From positions 195,271-259,270 of the forward strand of contig BOKR01000001.1 in NCBI GenBank assembly GCA_016861085.1: a DNA stretch of 64,000 nt, in the 5' to 3' direction. The number at the start of each line of letters is the position of its first letter. Position 1 is the first letter of the stretch. The notes beneath the pieces are model-generated. The model was not told the origin of the DNA. It saw only the letters and a program-made list of their open reading frames with translations, and did no database searches. The stretch comes from Patescibacteria group bacterium. GTDB lineage: Bacteria; Patescibacteriota; Microgenomatia; UBA1400; PJMF01. Below, piece by piece: positions 1 through 9,596 of this stretch. Position numbers and translations under genes: made by a program.

Positions 1-239
1 ACTATCATTGCTAAATCGTGTATTGTTTCACATTCATCTTCAATATCAGAAGTGTATAAATAAACTCCAAATGACTTACCGATAGCAACAACAACTCTTT
101 TTAAGTCTGGGCCGTATAAATTGAGGTCCTCAAGTAGGTTGTCTGGTCCGAGATCCTCAATATCATTTCCTGTCACTTCAGAAATAATGTGTTGGATTTT
201 GAGTAGTGTTTGTTCAAATTGAGCAGTTTTCGAGGTCAT
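1..239 (-). CDS. Hypothetical protein, N-terminal 79 aa only. The gene runs off the window start. Its ATG overlaps the nusB stop in an ATGA arrangement.
   Basis: Open minus-strand frame from an ATG at 237-239 (MTSKTAQFEQTLLKIQHIISEVTGNDIEDLGPDNLLEDL...). It is translationally coupled to nusB through the ATGA overlap. No family assignment. Confidence 0.3.
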   Translation of the reverse strand, partial: MTSKTAQFEQTLLKIQHIISEVTGNDIEDLGPDNLLEDLNLYGPDLKRVVVAIGKSFGVYLYTSDIEDECETIHDLAMI

Positions 240-631
240 ACTGATTCTTCTAATGTTTCTTCTGTTTCTGGGTCTAATATTATTTTAGCCAAAACTCCAT
301 TGACAAATCCAGGGGAGTTTTCAGCACTGTAATATTTCGCTAATTCAATCGCTTCATTTAATAAGACCTTTTTTGGGGTCTTTTTGCTGTCTGATTCATG
401 GACAATTAACCGTAAAATTGCTAGGTCAACCTTATTGATTTCTGAAAGTGGTCGTTCAGGAGCAGCCAAACGAATTCTTTCATCAATATCCTCAAGGTTG
501 TTAATAATCGCAATGACTGTTGAGTCAGCAGGTTTTTCTTCAAGACAAATTCGCGTGTTCTCTGGAGTAAAAGTACAGGCGAATAGATCTTGCATCAGTT
601 TTACCCGACGGTCATGTCTTTGATCTGACAT
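236..631 (-). CDS. nusB: Transcription antitermination factor NusB
   Basis: 131 aa with NusB-like length and sequence (..DLAILRLIVHE.., ..AIELAKYYS..GFVNGVLAKI). Confidence 0.75.
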   Translation of the reverse strand: MSDQRHDRRVKLMQDLFACTFTPENTRICLEEKPADSTVIAIINNLEDIDERIRLAAPERPLSEINKVDLAILRLIVHESDSKKTPKKVLLNEAIELAKYYSAENSPGFVNGVLAKIILDPETEETLEESV

Positions 632-654
632 TCTTTTCCTTTGTTTTTCTGATG

Positions 655-816
655 TTACTCAGATATTCCGAGAGATTTTAAGAATTGTGAAACGATTCCC
701 TTTTTGTGTGCAGGAACTGCAGTCACTTTTGGATCTTTCTTCAATGAAGGAGTATTTCCTTTTCTTCTTTTGCCTCTTTCGGCTCTTGTTATTTTATTTT
801 TTGGTAAAGCTCCCAT
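655..816 (-). CDS. Small basic ORF of 53 aa, possibly a small protein of unknown identity
   Basis: ATG at 814-816 and TAA at 655-657 in the nusB-recG intergenic region. Translation is MGALPKNKITRAERGKRRKGNTPSLKKDPKVTAVPAHKKGIVSQFLKSLGISE. It is Lys/Arg-rich but matches no ribosomal protein I can recall. Confidence 0.2.
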   Translation of the reverse strand: MGALPKNKITRAERGKRRKGNTPSLKKDPKVTAVPAHKKGIVSQFLKSLGISE

Positions 817-983
817 GGCTTCCTTTCAAGTAATTTCCATAATATCTCAACACACTATTCTAGCGTTTTTTTAGTTAAGTTAGCAATATCAGATAAACTT
901 GCATACACAAAAAACACCAGAACATGGCGTGAATGACCGATTTTAACGCTAAGTGTATGGAATTACAAGGGGGAATGTCTATC

Positions 984-3008
984 CTAGTTAGCTAACGGTT
1001 TTATGTCTTGCTCTTGAACGATCGGAGTAATAAACGGTTCCCAAGATTTTGGAAGCTTTTCGTAAATCTTTTTTGCCTGCCCAATTAATTCTAGATTAGT
1101 CCAAGAGGCAAATTGTAAATTTCCAAATCCACTCTGCTGAACACCAAAAATATCGCCACTCCCTCTTGCTTGTAAATCGATTTCAGCAAGTTTTAATCCA
1201 TTATTCTCTTTTGAGAATTGTTCCAGTCGCTGTTTTACTACTGGTGAGTTGCTGGTGCTAAACAGCAAACAATACCCCTGTTGGCCTGCTCTGCCCACTC
1301 TACCCCGAAGTTGGTGTAAACTGGCCATTCCGAAGCGCTCAGCGGCCTCTATAAGCATAATTGAAGCAGCGGGTAGATCAACGCCAACTTCCACAACTGG
1401 AGTTGTAACGAGTACATCAATTTTTTTGTCATATAGTTGTGAAATGATCGTGTTTTGCTCTTCTGGTTTCATTCTGCCGTGTAGTAATGCGATTCTGAAT
1501 GATTTTTGATATGTTTTACCCAATTGAGAAAATTTTGATTTAACTGCCTCAAGCGTTTCTTTCACAGAAGCAATGTTCTCAAATGCTGCGTGGTTGGAAG
1601 GGTCAATGAAAGGACAAACAATTAATGCAAGTTTTTCTCCAGTCAATTCTTTGGCTATCCAATCATATGCACTTTCACGCTTAGCTTCAGGAACGACCCA
1701 AGTTTTTGTAGGAATTCTGCCCTTTGGTAATTCATCTATAGTGCTTACTTTAAGGTGTGAAAAGATAGTAAGCATTAGACTTCTCGGGATTGGTGTAGCT
1801 GACATAGTGAGTGTGTGAGGAACAGTATGTAGTTTTGCAGATTCTGATCGCTGTGTAACCCCAAACCGATGCTGTTCGTCATAAATGATTAATCCGGGGT
1901 GTATTGATTCAAGTTTGTTAATCAATGCATGAGTGCCGACAAACAAGCAGGGGGCTTGTTGCATATTAGTATCTTCAATTTTTGGAGTTTTCCCGGTAAG
2001 TAGCTTGATTTCCAAATCTGGGAAAATGCTTCGTAAAGTTTGAGCATGTTGTTCCGCCAAAATTTTTGTTGGTGCAATAAAAGCCGCCGCTCTTCCCGAT
2101 TGTATGGTGTGGTATGCGGCAATACCGGCCACAACTGTTTTTCCTGAGCCGACATCTCCGATTAATACTCTATTCATTGGGCTAGTTGTGGCAATATCGG
2201 CCAAGATTTCGTTGACACACGTTTTTTGGGCCTGAGTTAACTCAAACGGTACTGAATGAGGAATTTGTGGTTCCTGCATGTTAATTGCCTGGGCGTTTTC
2301 TAATTGTTTCCAATATGTTTTTATTTGCTCGGAAACTTTAATCAACGAAAGGAGTTCTTCTATAGCTAAACGTTCGCGAGCTTTGATAATTTGTTCTTCA
2401 GTATCTGGAAAGTGCAGTTGTGTGAGTGCTTCTTTTATCAGTGGCAGATTGGGTGCGATATCATTTGAAATTTCAAAAAAACTGTCCCGATCACTCAGTT
2501 GGTATTTAGCTAACGCCTTTTTGAGAATACGACGAAGTGTTCCTTGTTGGATGGCTAGAGTGCTGGAATAGATTGGGACGAGTCTGCCCGTGTGGATTGT
2601 ATCTACAGCTCCGTCAGCAATCTTTTCTATGGTTGGCTGTACAATTGTTCCCCGATCATTGAGTTTTCCGCTAATCATGTATGTTGAGTCTGGCTTAACT
2701 GTTTGAGAAATAAATTTGTTGTTAAACCACATAAGTTTGACTTTTCCAGTTGCGTCTATTGCTGCAGCAGAATCAATTTTCCGTCTATTCTTGTAGAAAC
2801 TTTTAACTGTAGAAACTTTGGCAGAAAAACTGACAAGTTTGTTAGGCTCTAAATCTTTAATTTGAACGATGTTAGAACGATCTGAATAGCGTAGCGGTAA
2901 AAAAAGTAACAGATCTTTAAATGTATGTATTCCTTTCTCAGCAAATTTTTCTAGTAACTTTGGACCTATGCCTTCAATTGTGTCAATAGGTGTTGAAAGG
3001 GAGTACAT
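984..3008 (-). CDS. recG: ATP-dependent DNA helicase RecG
   Basis: Wedge-domain region, Walker A (GDVGSGKT), DExH region (IIYDEQHRFG) and C-terminal helicase motifs. I trimmed the ORF to the ATG at 3006-3008 (MYSLSTPIDTIEG..); the 108 aa upstream of that ATG is a spurious extension. Confidence 0.9.
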   Translation of the reverse strand: MYSLSTPIDTIEGIGPKLLEKFAEKGIHTFKDLLLFLPLRYSDRSNIVQIKDLEPNKLVSFSAKVSTVKSFYKNRRKIDSAAAIDATGKVKLMWFNNKFISQTVKPDSTYMISGKLNDRGTIVQPTIEKIADGAVDTIHTGRLVPIYSSTLAIQQGTLRRILKKALAKYQLSDRDSFFEISNDIAPNLPLIKEALTQLHFPDTEEQIIKARERLAIEELLSLIKVSEQIKTYWKQLENAQAINMQEPQIPHSVPFELTQAQKTCVNEILADIATTSPMNRVLIGDVGSGKTVVAGIAAYHTIQSGRAAAFIAPTKILAEQHAQTLRSIFPDLEIKLLTGKTPKIEDTNMQQAPCLFVGTHALINKLESIHPGLIIYDEQHRFGVTQRSESAKLHTVPHTLTMSATPIPRSLMLTIFSHLKVSTIDELPKGRIPTKTWVVPEAKRESAYDWIAKELTGEKLALIVCPFIDPSNHAAFENIASVKETLEAVKSKFSQLGKTYQKSFRIALLHGRMKPEEQNTIISQLYDKKIDVLVTTPVVEVGVDLPAASIMLIEAAERFGMASLHQLRGRVGRAGQQGYCLLFSTSNSPVVKQRLEQFSKENNGLKLAEIDLQARGSGDIFGVQQSGFGNLQFASWTNLELIGQAKKIYEKLPKSWEPFITPIVQEQDIKPLAN

Positions 3009-3048
3009 AGGAATTACTGTAGCACTGATGCTGTATACTGAATAGCAG

Positions 3049-3693
3049 ATGTCAACTTTTGAAAAAACTGTTGTTGGTGTTTTGGTTTTTATAGGTACAG
3101 GATTAGTAGTGCTCTTTTTTTGGTTATTTAGGTTGAATACTGAAGTTAAGCAATTAAGGTTTGGTGAAGCGACTGAAGTTGGGACTACTACTAATGGAGC
3201 AACTAATTCAGCAATACTTACGCAAATGCAGGAAAATTTAGATGCACTGCAAGCAAGCTCAGCTGCCTTATTGGAGCGGATACAAATTTTGGAAGACTCC
3301 GAACCGACAACAAAGATTATTACAACAAGCACAAAACAGACATTTCAAAAGCAAATAATTCACATTGGTTCAGCAAGTACCTCAAACACGGAATGGACAA
3401 ATACCGGTGTTGAAGTGACACTCAACAGTGCTGATTATCCAAGCGATGTGAACGCTTCGTTTGAAGTGGGACTTTCAATTATCGGTGGTGAAGCTTGGGC
3501 AAGATTGATTAACAAAACGACGGGAGCTATTTTATCAGTTACTGAAGTTTCAGCTGGATCAAGTACAACAACTTGGAAAACGTCTCCACAGTTCAAATTG
3601 CATGGCGGCTTAAACATGTATGAACTACAGGTACGGTCAAGCAGCAGTGAAGTTGCCAATGCATCAAGTGCTCGAATTATTTTGACTAAGTAA
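3049..3693 (+). CDS. Hypothetical membrane-anchored protein with an N-terminal TM helix and a Thr/Ser-rich extracellular part
   Basis: 214-aa ORF that fills the recG-tyrS gap. It has a single N-terminal hydrophobic helix (VVGVLVFIGTGLVVLFFWLF). Confidence 0.4.
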   Translation: MSTFEKTVVGVLVFIGTGLVVLFFWLFRLNTEVKQLRFGEATEVGTTTNGATNSAILTQMQENLDALQASSAALLERIQILEDSEPTTKIITTSTKQTFQKQIIHIGSASTSNTEWTNTGVEVTLNSADYPSDVNASFEVGLSIIGGEAWARLINKTTGAILSVTEVSAGSSTTTWKTSPQFKLHGGLNMYELQVRSSSSEVANASSARIILTK

Positions 3694-3805
3694 TTTTTTT
3701 GGTAGTTCTATAAGTAAAACAGCGCGCTTGCAAAGCTACTGACAACCATTCCAATTATAAAAATGATTGCAAAAACTTTAATTATTGTTTGTCTAGTTTT
3801 TCTTG

Positions 3806-4999
3806 TCATATAAGTTTGAAATATCTTCTCTTTCCAATTCTTATTGTTTCACCTTTATTCACAAAGACAGTTCTATATGGATCAGTTGGCTTTTCTCCAT
3901 TTTGTATAAGCTCGACTGCACTTTGTTCTATGAGCCTCCTCAAATTACTATTACTTTCTTCTGGCATGCAAAGTTGTACTAATTCCAAGACTGTAAGAGT
4001 TTTTTCGTTAACTGTAACTTCTGGAATGGTATCGGGAATCTCTTTTTCTTGCACAGTTTTCTGAAAATACTCTGCGGCTTGTTGTGCTAAATCAGTGTTG
4101 TGGTACAGCTGTGTAATGGTGAATGCAAGTTTTTTCTTAAATTGCATTGGATTTTCACCGCTAGCAATTTTTTGCTCCATCTCGTGGATTTCGCTCATTG
4201 GCACATTAGTCAACACTTCAAAGTAAGTAATGATTTCAGAATCTGCAGTCGACATAAGTTTGCCATACATGTCATTAGCATTTTCTGTGAGCGCTACAAA
4301 ATTGTTATATGATTTACTCATTTTTCTGCCATCAGTGCCATTAATTATTGGTGTTGTTAGCACCCATTTTTCGCGGTTGTTATATGCTTTTTGTAAGGTC
4401 CTGCCCATCATCATGTTAAACGTTTGATCAGTACCGCCAATTTCTAAATCAACGTCCATAACCACAGAATCGTACCCTTGTAAGAGTGGGTACATGATTT
4501 CATGACCATGAATTGGCTTGCCCTCTTCTAATCTTTTTTGAAACATGTCCCGTTCCATAAGCTGCTGAACAGTAGTTTTTGCCATGAGTTTTACAATGTC
4601 TGGCATTGTTAACTTGTCGAGCCAGTCACCATTGTAACGAATCTCAATTTTTTCAAAGTTAAGAACTTTGCTAGCCTGTTCTTTCCAACTTTTGAAGTTT
4701 TCTTTGATTTCTTCGTCTGTCAGTTCAGGGCGAGTCGAATCTTTACCGGTTGGATCGCCAATTCTAACTGTGCCGTTACCAATTAGTAAAATAACTTCAT
4801 GTCCAAGATCTGCAAACTGTTGCAATTTGCGTAAGACCACAGAATGTCCTAACGTTAACAAAGAGCCGGTTGGATCAATCCCTAAATACAATCTAATTTT
4901 CTTTTCTTGTAAGAGTTTTTGTAATGTTTCTTTGTTTGGCAAAACTTCCGCGACTCCTCTTGTGAGGACCTCATCAAGTTTTTGAGAATCTGTAATCAT
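3806..4999 (-). CDS. tyrS: Tyrosyl-tRNA synthetase
   Basis: Class I HIGH-region (GIDPTGSLLTLGH), GDPTGK, and KMSKS present as KMSKSYNN. Size is 397 aa. Confidence 0.85.
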   Translation of the reverse strand: MITDSQKLDEVLTRGVAEVLPNKETLQKLLQEKKIRLYLGIDPTGSLLTLGHSVVLRKLQQFADLGHEVILLIGNGTVRIGDPTGKDSTRPELTDEEIKENFKSWKEQASKVLNFEKIEIRYNGDWLDKLTMPDIVKLMAKTTVQQLMERDMFQKRLEEGKPIHGHEIMYPLLQGYDSVVMDVDLEIGGTDQTFNMMMGRTLQKAYNNREKWVLTTPIINGTDGRKMSKSYNNFVALTENANDMYGKLMSTADSEIITYFEVLTNVPMSEIHEMEQKIASGENPMQFKKKLAFTITQLYHNTDLAQQAAEYFQKTVQEKEIPDTIPEVTVNEKTLTVLELVQLCMPEESNSNLRRLIEQSAVELIQNGEKPTDPYRTVFVNKGETIRIGKRRYFKLI

Positions 5000-5031
5000 A
5001 AATGAGCTTTCTGTTAGTATTGTAGCAGGTT

Positions 5032-6171
5032 TTATTGAGTGATAAATTCAAAAAGTCCGCGTTCATATTCTAAACAAGAATCTAAGCTAATCCACTCAGT
5101 ATCTTCATGAATATCACCACCTGTTGGTTTCATCATCAAAACTGGGATATTGTATGACGCAAAATGTCTCGCGTCAGACCCGCCATAGTTAGGGACAATT
5201 TCAATAGTACTATGAGTATGTTTTTGCATGGTTGAAACAAACTTTTGTACAATTGGCAAATCAACATTTGTGTATGTTGCCAACCCGCTTGCCATAGTTT
5301 CAACAGTAACTTCAGCACCAACACTTGTGGCGATCTCTTTTACTTCGTTCACAATGTTTTCAATAGAAGTGGTTTCTGGATACCGAAAGTCGATTTCAAC
5401 AAGAGCGCCATCACAAACTTGATTAACTGACACTCCTCCTTTTATCACTCCAGGACTCATGGTTGTTCCCCAGTTTGGTTCAAAACTATTTTGTTCATAT
5501 TTTTCTAACAGTTTTGAAAGCATTTTGACCAGTAAAGAGATAGCATTTTTGCCCTGCCATGGTCGTGAGCCGTGTGCGGCTCTTCCTTTACAGCTTACTC
5601 TGATATGCAAAATACCTTTTGCTTTATTCACAAACTTCCAGTTATCTCCACCGTCAGGGACGATAAGATTTTGTGGGCGAAATTTTAGATTTTCGGCTAA
5701 GTACAGTGCTCCGTCAAACCCACCTCGTTCTTCATCTGTGGTAATTGCCAGAGTTATGGTTTTGTTAGATTTTTGTTTAATCAAGTCATTGAGAATAGAA
5801 ACACCAATTGGGACAGAATATTTCATGTCGCTGACACCTCTCCCAAGTGCGACAGTTTCTGTATTACTCTTTTCTCTAATTGTTCTCTCCCCTAACTTCA
5901 TTGTCCATAATTCTTCTTTTGCTGCGACAACATCTACATGTACTAAGTACCCAAATTCAGGGTTCATTAATTGTTCATCAGTTGCATTTTGAATATTTGA
6001 AATGAGCAAAATCTCAGCTGATTTATTTTTTATCCGTTTCACTGTAGCCTGTGGATTAACCAAAGTTTCAATTAAATCCAAAACAGCTGAGTTTTCTGGA
6101 ATTTGTCCACTGAGCGAGCGAATTGCAATAAGCTGTTGTAACTGTGTTTGTAGTGTTTTTTTATCTAACAT
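5032..6171 (-). CDS. M20-family metallopeptidase / deacylase (ArgE/DapE-like)
   Basis: GRGVSDMK metal-binding motif, ITTDEE, and AAHGSRPWQGKNAI typical of peptidase family M20. Confidence 0.7.
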   Translation of the reverse strand: MLDKKTLQTQLQQLIAIRSLSGQIPENSAVLDLIETLVNPQATVKRIKNKSAEILLISNIQNATDEQLMNPEFGYLVHVDVVAAKEELWTMKLGERTIREKSNTETVALGRGVSDMKYSVPIGVSILNDLIKQKSNKTITLAITTDEERGGFDGALYLAENLKFRPQNLIVPDGGDNWKFVNKAKGILHIRVSCKGRAAHGSRPWQGKNAISLLVKMLSKLLEKYEQNSFEPNWGTTMSPGVIKGGVSVNQVCDGALVEIDFRYPETTSIENIVNEVKEIATSVGAEVTVETMASGLATYTNVDLPIVQKFVSTMQKHTHSTIEIVPNYGGSDARHFASYNIPVLMMKPTGGDIHEDTEWISLDSCLEYERGLFEFITQ

Positions 6172-6186
6172 AGCATCCTTGAACCA

Positions 6187-8175
6187 TTACACAGTTCCAA
6201 CCAAGATTCCCTGATGTTTTTCTAGTTCTTGAACGATTTTTTTTCTTACTGGTTTGAGATCGTCAGACGCTATATTTTGTTTTGGGTCGTGGTAAGTGAT
6301 CGCAAAAGAATAGTTGCGATTGTAAATGTCTTTAAGCTCAACTTTAGTAATCAATGTGCTCACTTCGCTCATAACTTTCATAATTTCACCGACTCTGATC
6401 TTTTTAGGCAAAGTGAAAGTCATATCTTCTGTAACGATTGCTGTTTTTGGAATTGATTGGTAGGTTGGATGAGTTTTGAGAATCAGCAATAGTTGTGAAA
6501 ATTCAAGTTCGATTGCAACCCGGTTATTTGATTGCATAGTTACAATTCCCAAACCGATTTCTTTATCGTTTTCTGATACAAGAATAGTGCCAGTTGTGTC
6601 ACTATTTTGTGTTACTTGCAAGTTGGTGACAAAGAATTGTGCCAGCAGGCTTTCTAAAATCCCTCGCACTTCACGATATGGTTTGGTAGAAACAATTGAG
6701 AGTCTCAATGACTCATTTGGCAGGTCATTTTTTTTTGGTAAGTAAACATTTGCAATTTCAAATACTGATAGATCAGAAATGTGGGAATTCTGATCTAAAA
6801 TTTCATTCAGAGAAGGAATCAAAGATTTGCGCAAATAAATTCTGTCATCAGTTAGTGGATTCTGTAATTTGAGGTGATTTTCGAGAGAATCAGTTTGCAA
6901 CGCAATTTGTTCACTAACCATAGAATAAGAATATATTTCTTGTAAGCCGATGCTTGCTAAGAAACGTTTGATTCTGTTTTCAAGAGTAAAGTTGACTCCT
7001 TTTTGTTTTTCGGTTGGTATCTGTGTGTCCATGATGACAGAGGGTAATTTATGGTATCCATAGATACGAGCGATTTCTTCAACGATGTCTGCGGGGATAG
7101 TTAAGTCTGGCCTGAATGAAGGTGGCTGGATGATCAAAGTTTGGTTCTTACTTGTGACTGTACACTCAAGTTGCTCTAAAATTGAAATAATTTCTTGGGT
7201 GGTAAGTACCTGTTTGCCGGCTGCATCTGTTCCCAAATATTCATGTATCGTTTCTAACTTTACTTCAACGGGTTTTAGTGGCTGATTTCCTGGAAAATCA
7301 TCATAGATTTCACTTGCTATTTGAGCATTACATAGTTCTTGGTACAGTTGAGCCCCGCGAACCAACACATCTTTCGCCAAGTTTGGATCAACATTTTTTT
7401 CCATAAGTTGAGCAGCTACAGTTCTAATAGCGTGGGTCATGCTAGCAAAGCGGACTTTTTCTGCTTTGATAGATTCAAGCAACAACAACACATTTTGAGT
7501 GGTGTCATCAATAGAAGTATTAGCAGTGCCTTTGATTGAAGGAAGGTCAATGATATCTCCTTCTCCATTTTTAAATACTACTTCACCCCCTACTGTTTCA
7601 AACTCATTGGCATCTAAGGTAATGAATTTTTCACCAGCTTTTGCTTCTACCACATTAATTTCACCACCAGTTCGCATCAGTTTATCGTAATCAAATGCGT
7701 GACAAGGGTGTCCTAATTCGTGGGTAACATAGTTTGTGATATCAATAACTGCGTCATGAACATTCTGTTCGGTTTGTAGTAAGCGTTTGGCCATCCATTC
7801 TGGAGTTGGGTTACGTTGCACCCCTTTTAATACAACGCAGATAAGTCGTTTTGAGAGTTTAGGATCGTTGCTAATTTTTGGGAGAGGCAACACTTCTGTT
7901 TCTGGCCTAAGAGTTTGTGGCAAGTTGTTTGGTTTGAGTTTTGCTTTGATTCCAAATTGCTGCAAAATGACTGCTGCTTCACGAGCAATACCACGAATAG
8001 ACATTCCATCAACTCTATTGGTGGTGACTTCAATATCGTAGACTTTATCACTCTCTATGTCATAAATGCGTTCAACTGATGGACCACATAATGAGACATA
8101 TTCCTGAATTTTTTTAGGGTCTGCATCAGTATCTAAATGTTCAAGTAACCAAGTGTGCGGGATTAAAATGTTCAT
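6187..8175 (-). CDS. pheT: Phenylalanyl-tRNA synthetase beta subunit, a short form lacking the N-terminal tRNA-binding (EMAP-like) domain
   Basis: B3/B4 and B5 regions (DIEVTTNRVDGMSIRGIAREA) and a C-terminal FDX-like domain. It is 662 aa against about 800 aa for canonical bacterial PheT. Confidence 0.9.
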   Translation of the reverse strand: MNILIPHTWLLEHLDTDADPKKIQEYVSLCGPSVERIYDIESDKVYDIEVTTNRVDGMSIRGIAREAAVILQQFGIKAKLKPNNLPQTLRPETEVLPLPKISNDPKLSKRLICVVLKGVQRNPTPEWMAKRLLQTEQNVHDAVIDITNYVTHELGHPCHAFDYDKLMRTGGEINVVEAKAGEKFITLDANEFETVGGEVVFKNGEGDIIDLPSIKGTANTSIDDTTQNVLLLLESIKAEKVRFASMTHAIRTVAAQLMEKNVDPNLAKDVLVRGAQLYQELCNAQIASEIYDDFPGNQPLKPVEVKLETIHEYLGTDAAGKQVLTTQEIISILEQLECTVTSKNQTLIIQPPSFRPDLTIPADIVEEIARIYGYHKLPSVIMDTQIPTEKQKGVNFTLENRIKRFLASIGLQEIYSYSMVSEQIALQTDSLENHLKLQNPLTDDRIYLRKSLIPSLNEILDQNSHISDLSVFEIANVYLPKKNDLPNESLRLSIVSTKPYREVRGILESLLAQFFVTNLQVTQNSDTTGTILVSENDKEIGLGIVTMQSNNRVAIELEFSQLLLILKTHPTYQSIPKTAIVTEDMTFTLPKKIRVGEIMKVMSEVSTLITKVELKDIYNRNYSFAITYHDPKQNIASDDLKPVRKKIVQELEKHQGILVGTV

Positions 8176-8186
8176 ATGTTTTTTCC

Positions 8187-9227
8187 TTAAAATTGCTCCA
8201 AAAATCTGAGGTCACCGCTATACAGCAATCTAATATCATCAATATTGAGTCCTTGTTTGAGCGTGTAGGTTCTCTCGACTCCCCAGCCGAAAGCAAAGCC
8301 TGTATATTTTTCTGGATCTATGCCGCCTGCTTTAAGGACATTTGGATGCACCATGCCTGCTCCACCAACTTCATGCCAACCGGATTTACAGAACTTACAT
8401 TTTTCTTCGTTGATTTTTCCGGTTCCATTACAGATATGGCAAGAAAAATCTACTTCAAAAGAAGGCTCAGTAAATTGAAAATGAAATGGCCTGATTCTTG
8501 ATTTAGTTCCAGGACCATAGAATTGTTCAGCGAAGTAATCTAAAGTACCTTTGAGGTGTTGAATGTTAATGCCTGTATCTACAACTAAACCTTCAAATTG
8601 GTGGAACATTTGTGTGTGTGTTGCATCTTGTTGGCGTCTGTAACAGCGGGCAATGTTAATCATTCTAATTGGTGGTTTTGATTTGAGTCGTTCCATTTCC
8701 CGAACTTGGCCGTTTGAGGTGTGAGTGGTCAAGACTACTTTCCCTTTTTCTGGATCTACTGGAGCTTCAACAAAAAATGTTTCCCACTCGTCACGAGCTG
8801 GATGACTTTTTGGCATATTCAAGCTTTCAAATACATACCAGTCCCAGTCAACTTCAGGATAACGAGCGCGAGAAAAGCCAATGCGTTCAAAGATTTGGGT
8901 AATTTCTTCCATCGCTTGAGAAACAGGATGCATATGACCAACTTTTGGCTTTACTCCTGGTGCGGTTAAGTCTTCAAATGAAGCTTTTTTTGGAGATTTC
9001 TCTAATTTTTCAATAGTTTCTGTGAGATGAATTTTCAATTCATTTAACAATTTTCCAGCTTCTTTTTTTTGTTCAGGATCTATTTGTCCGATAGCTTTTG
9101 CAAGATCATTAAAACTACCTTTTTTCCCGAGGTATTTTGTTTGTAGCAGTTCTGAGTCAACAATAGACTCATTTTTAAGTTGCTCTTTTATTGTTTTAAT
9201 TTTTATTTGTAGTTCTTCTAGATTCAT
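8187..9227 (-). CDS. pheS: Phenylalanyl-tRNA synthetase alpha subunit
   Basis: Class II motifs (FRPSYFPFTEPSFEVD-like, GAGMVHPNVL, GFAFGWGVERT). It sits adjacent to pheT. Confidence 0.9.
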   Translation of the reverse strand: MNLEELQIKIKTIKEQLKNESIVDSELLQTKYLGKKGSFNDLAKAIGQIDPEQKKEAGKLLNELKIHLTETIEKLEKSPKKASFEDLTAPGVKPKVGHMHPVSQAMEEITQIFERIGFSRARYPEVDWDWYVFESLNMPKSHPARDEWETFFVEAPVDPEKGKVVLTTHTSNGQVREMERLKSKPPIRMINIARCYRRQQDATHTQMFHQFEGLVVDTGINIQHLKGTLDYFAEQFYGPGTKSRIRPFHFQFTEPSFEVDFSCHICNGTGKINEEKCKFCKSGWHEVGGAGMVHPNVLKAGGIDPEKYTGFAFGWGVERTYTLKQGLNIDDIRLLYSGDLRFLEQF

Positions 9228-9596
9228 ATGTTTATTTTACCAATATTTACAAGAAAACTCCCGTTTGTTTGGGAGTGTTTTCTATTTATTATACTTAAAA
9301 CCTGCTCCCATTACTTTTGGAAGTTAAAAAAGAAGCCGGTAAAGTATATATTTGTGAACATTACTAAACGGGATTATATACCTCATACTGTGACGATGCA
9401 AACGGACTTAGCGTTTGTCATCACTGAAAAATCAGGTATACTTGAAGTGTTATACTCATACGGTTATCCCAAGGGAGCATATACAGTGAAAATAAATATA
9501 ACCAAACTAAAGCAAAGGGCTACTCAATTAGCTCATGAATTAGTAGAAACTGCTCAAGAACAATTGGGTGTCAAGTTTCCCAAATTAAGGACTTTT

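Noticed and set aside
3009-3332. N-terminal 108-aa extension of the RecG ORF
   Set aside because: The canonical RecG N-terminus (MYSLSTPIDTIEG) starts at the internal ATG 3006-3008. The extension is hydrophobic nonsense and would overlap the 3049..3693 gene.
5459-5992. 177-aa plus-strand ORF, and similar antisense ORFs at 9941..10465, 11138..11638, 57352..57978, 59175..59567 and 16340..16795
   Set aside because: They lie wholly antisense or out-of-frame within well-supported genes (M20 peptidase, PBP, uvrA, uvrB, tig) and have low-complexity, composition-biased translations.
9228-9596. N-terminal 123 aa of the PBP ORF as called by the ORF finder (start at 9228)
   Set aside because: It would put a 150-aa cytoplasmic tail on a class A PBP and begins at the pheS start codon. 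The ATG at 9597 with an AAGGA Shine-Dalgarno gives the typical short basic tail plus TM helix.
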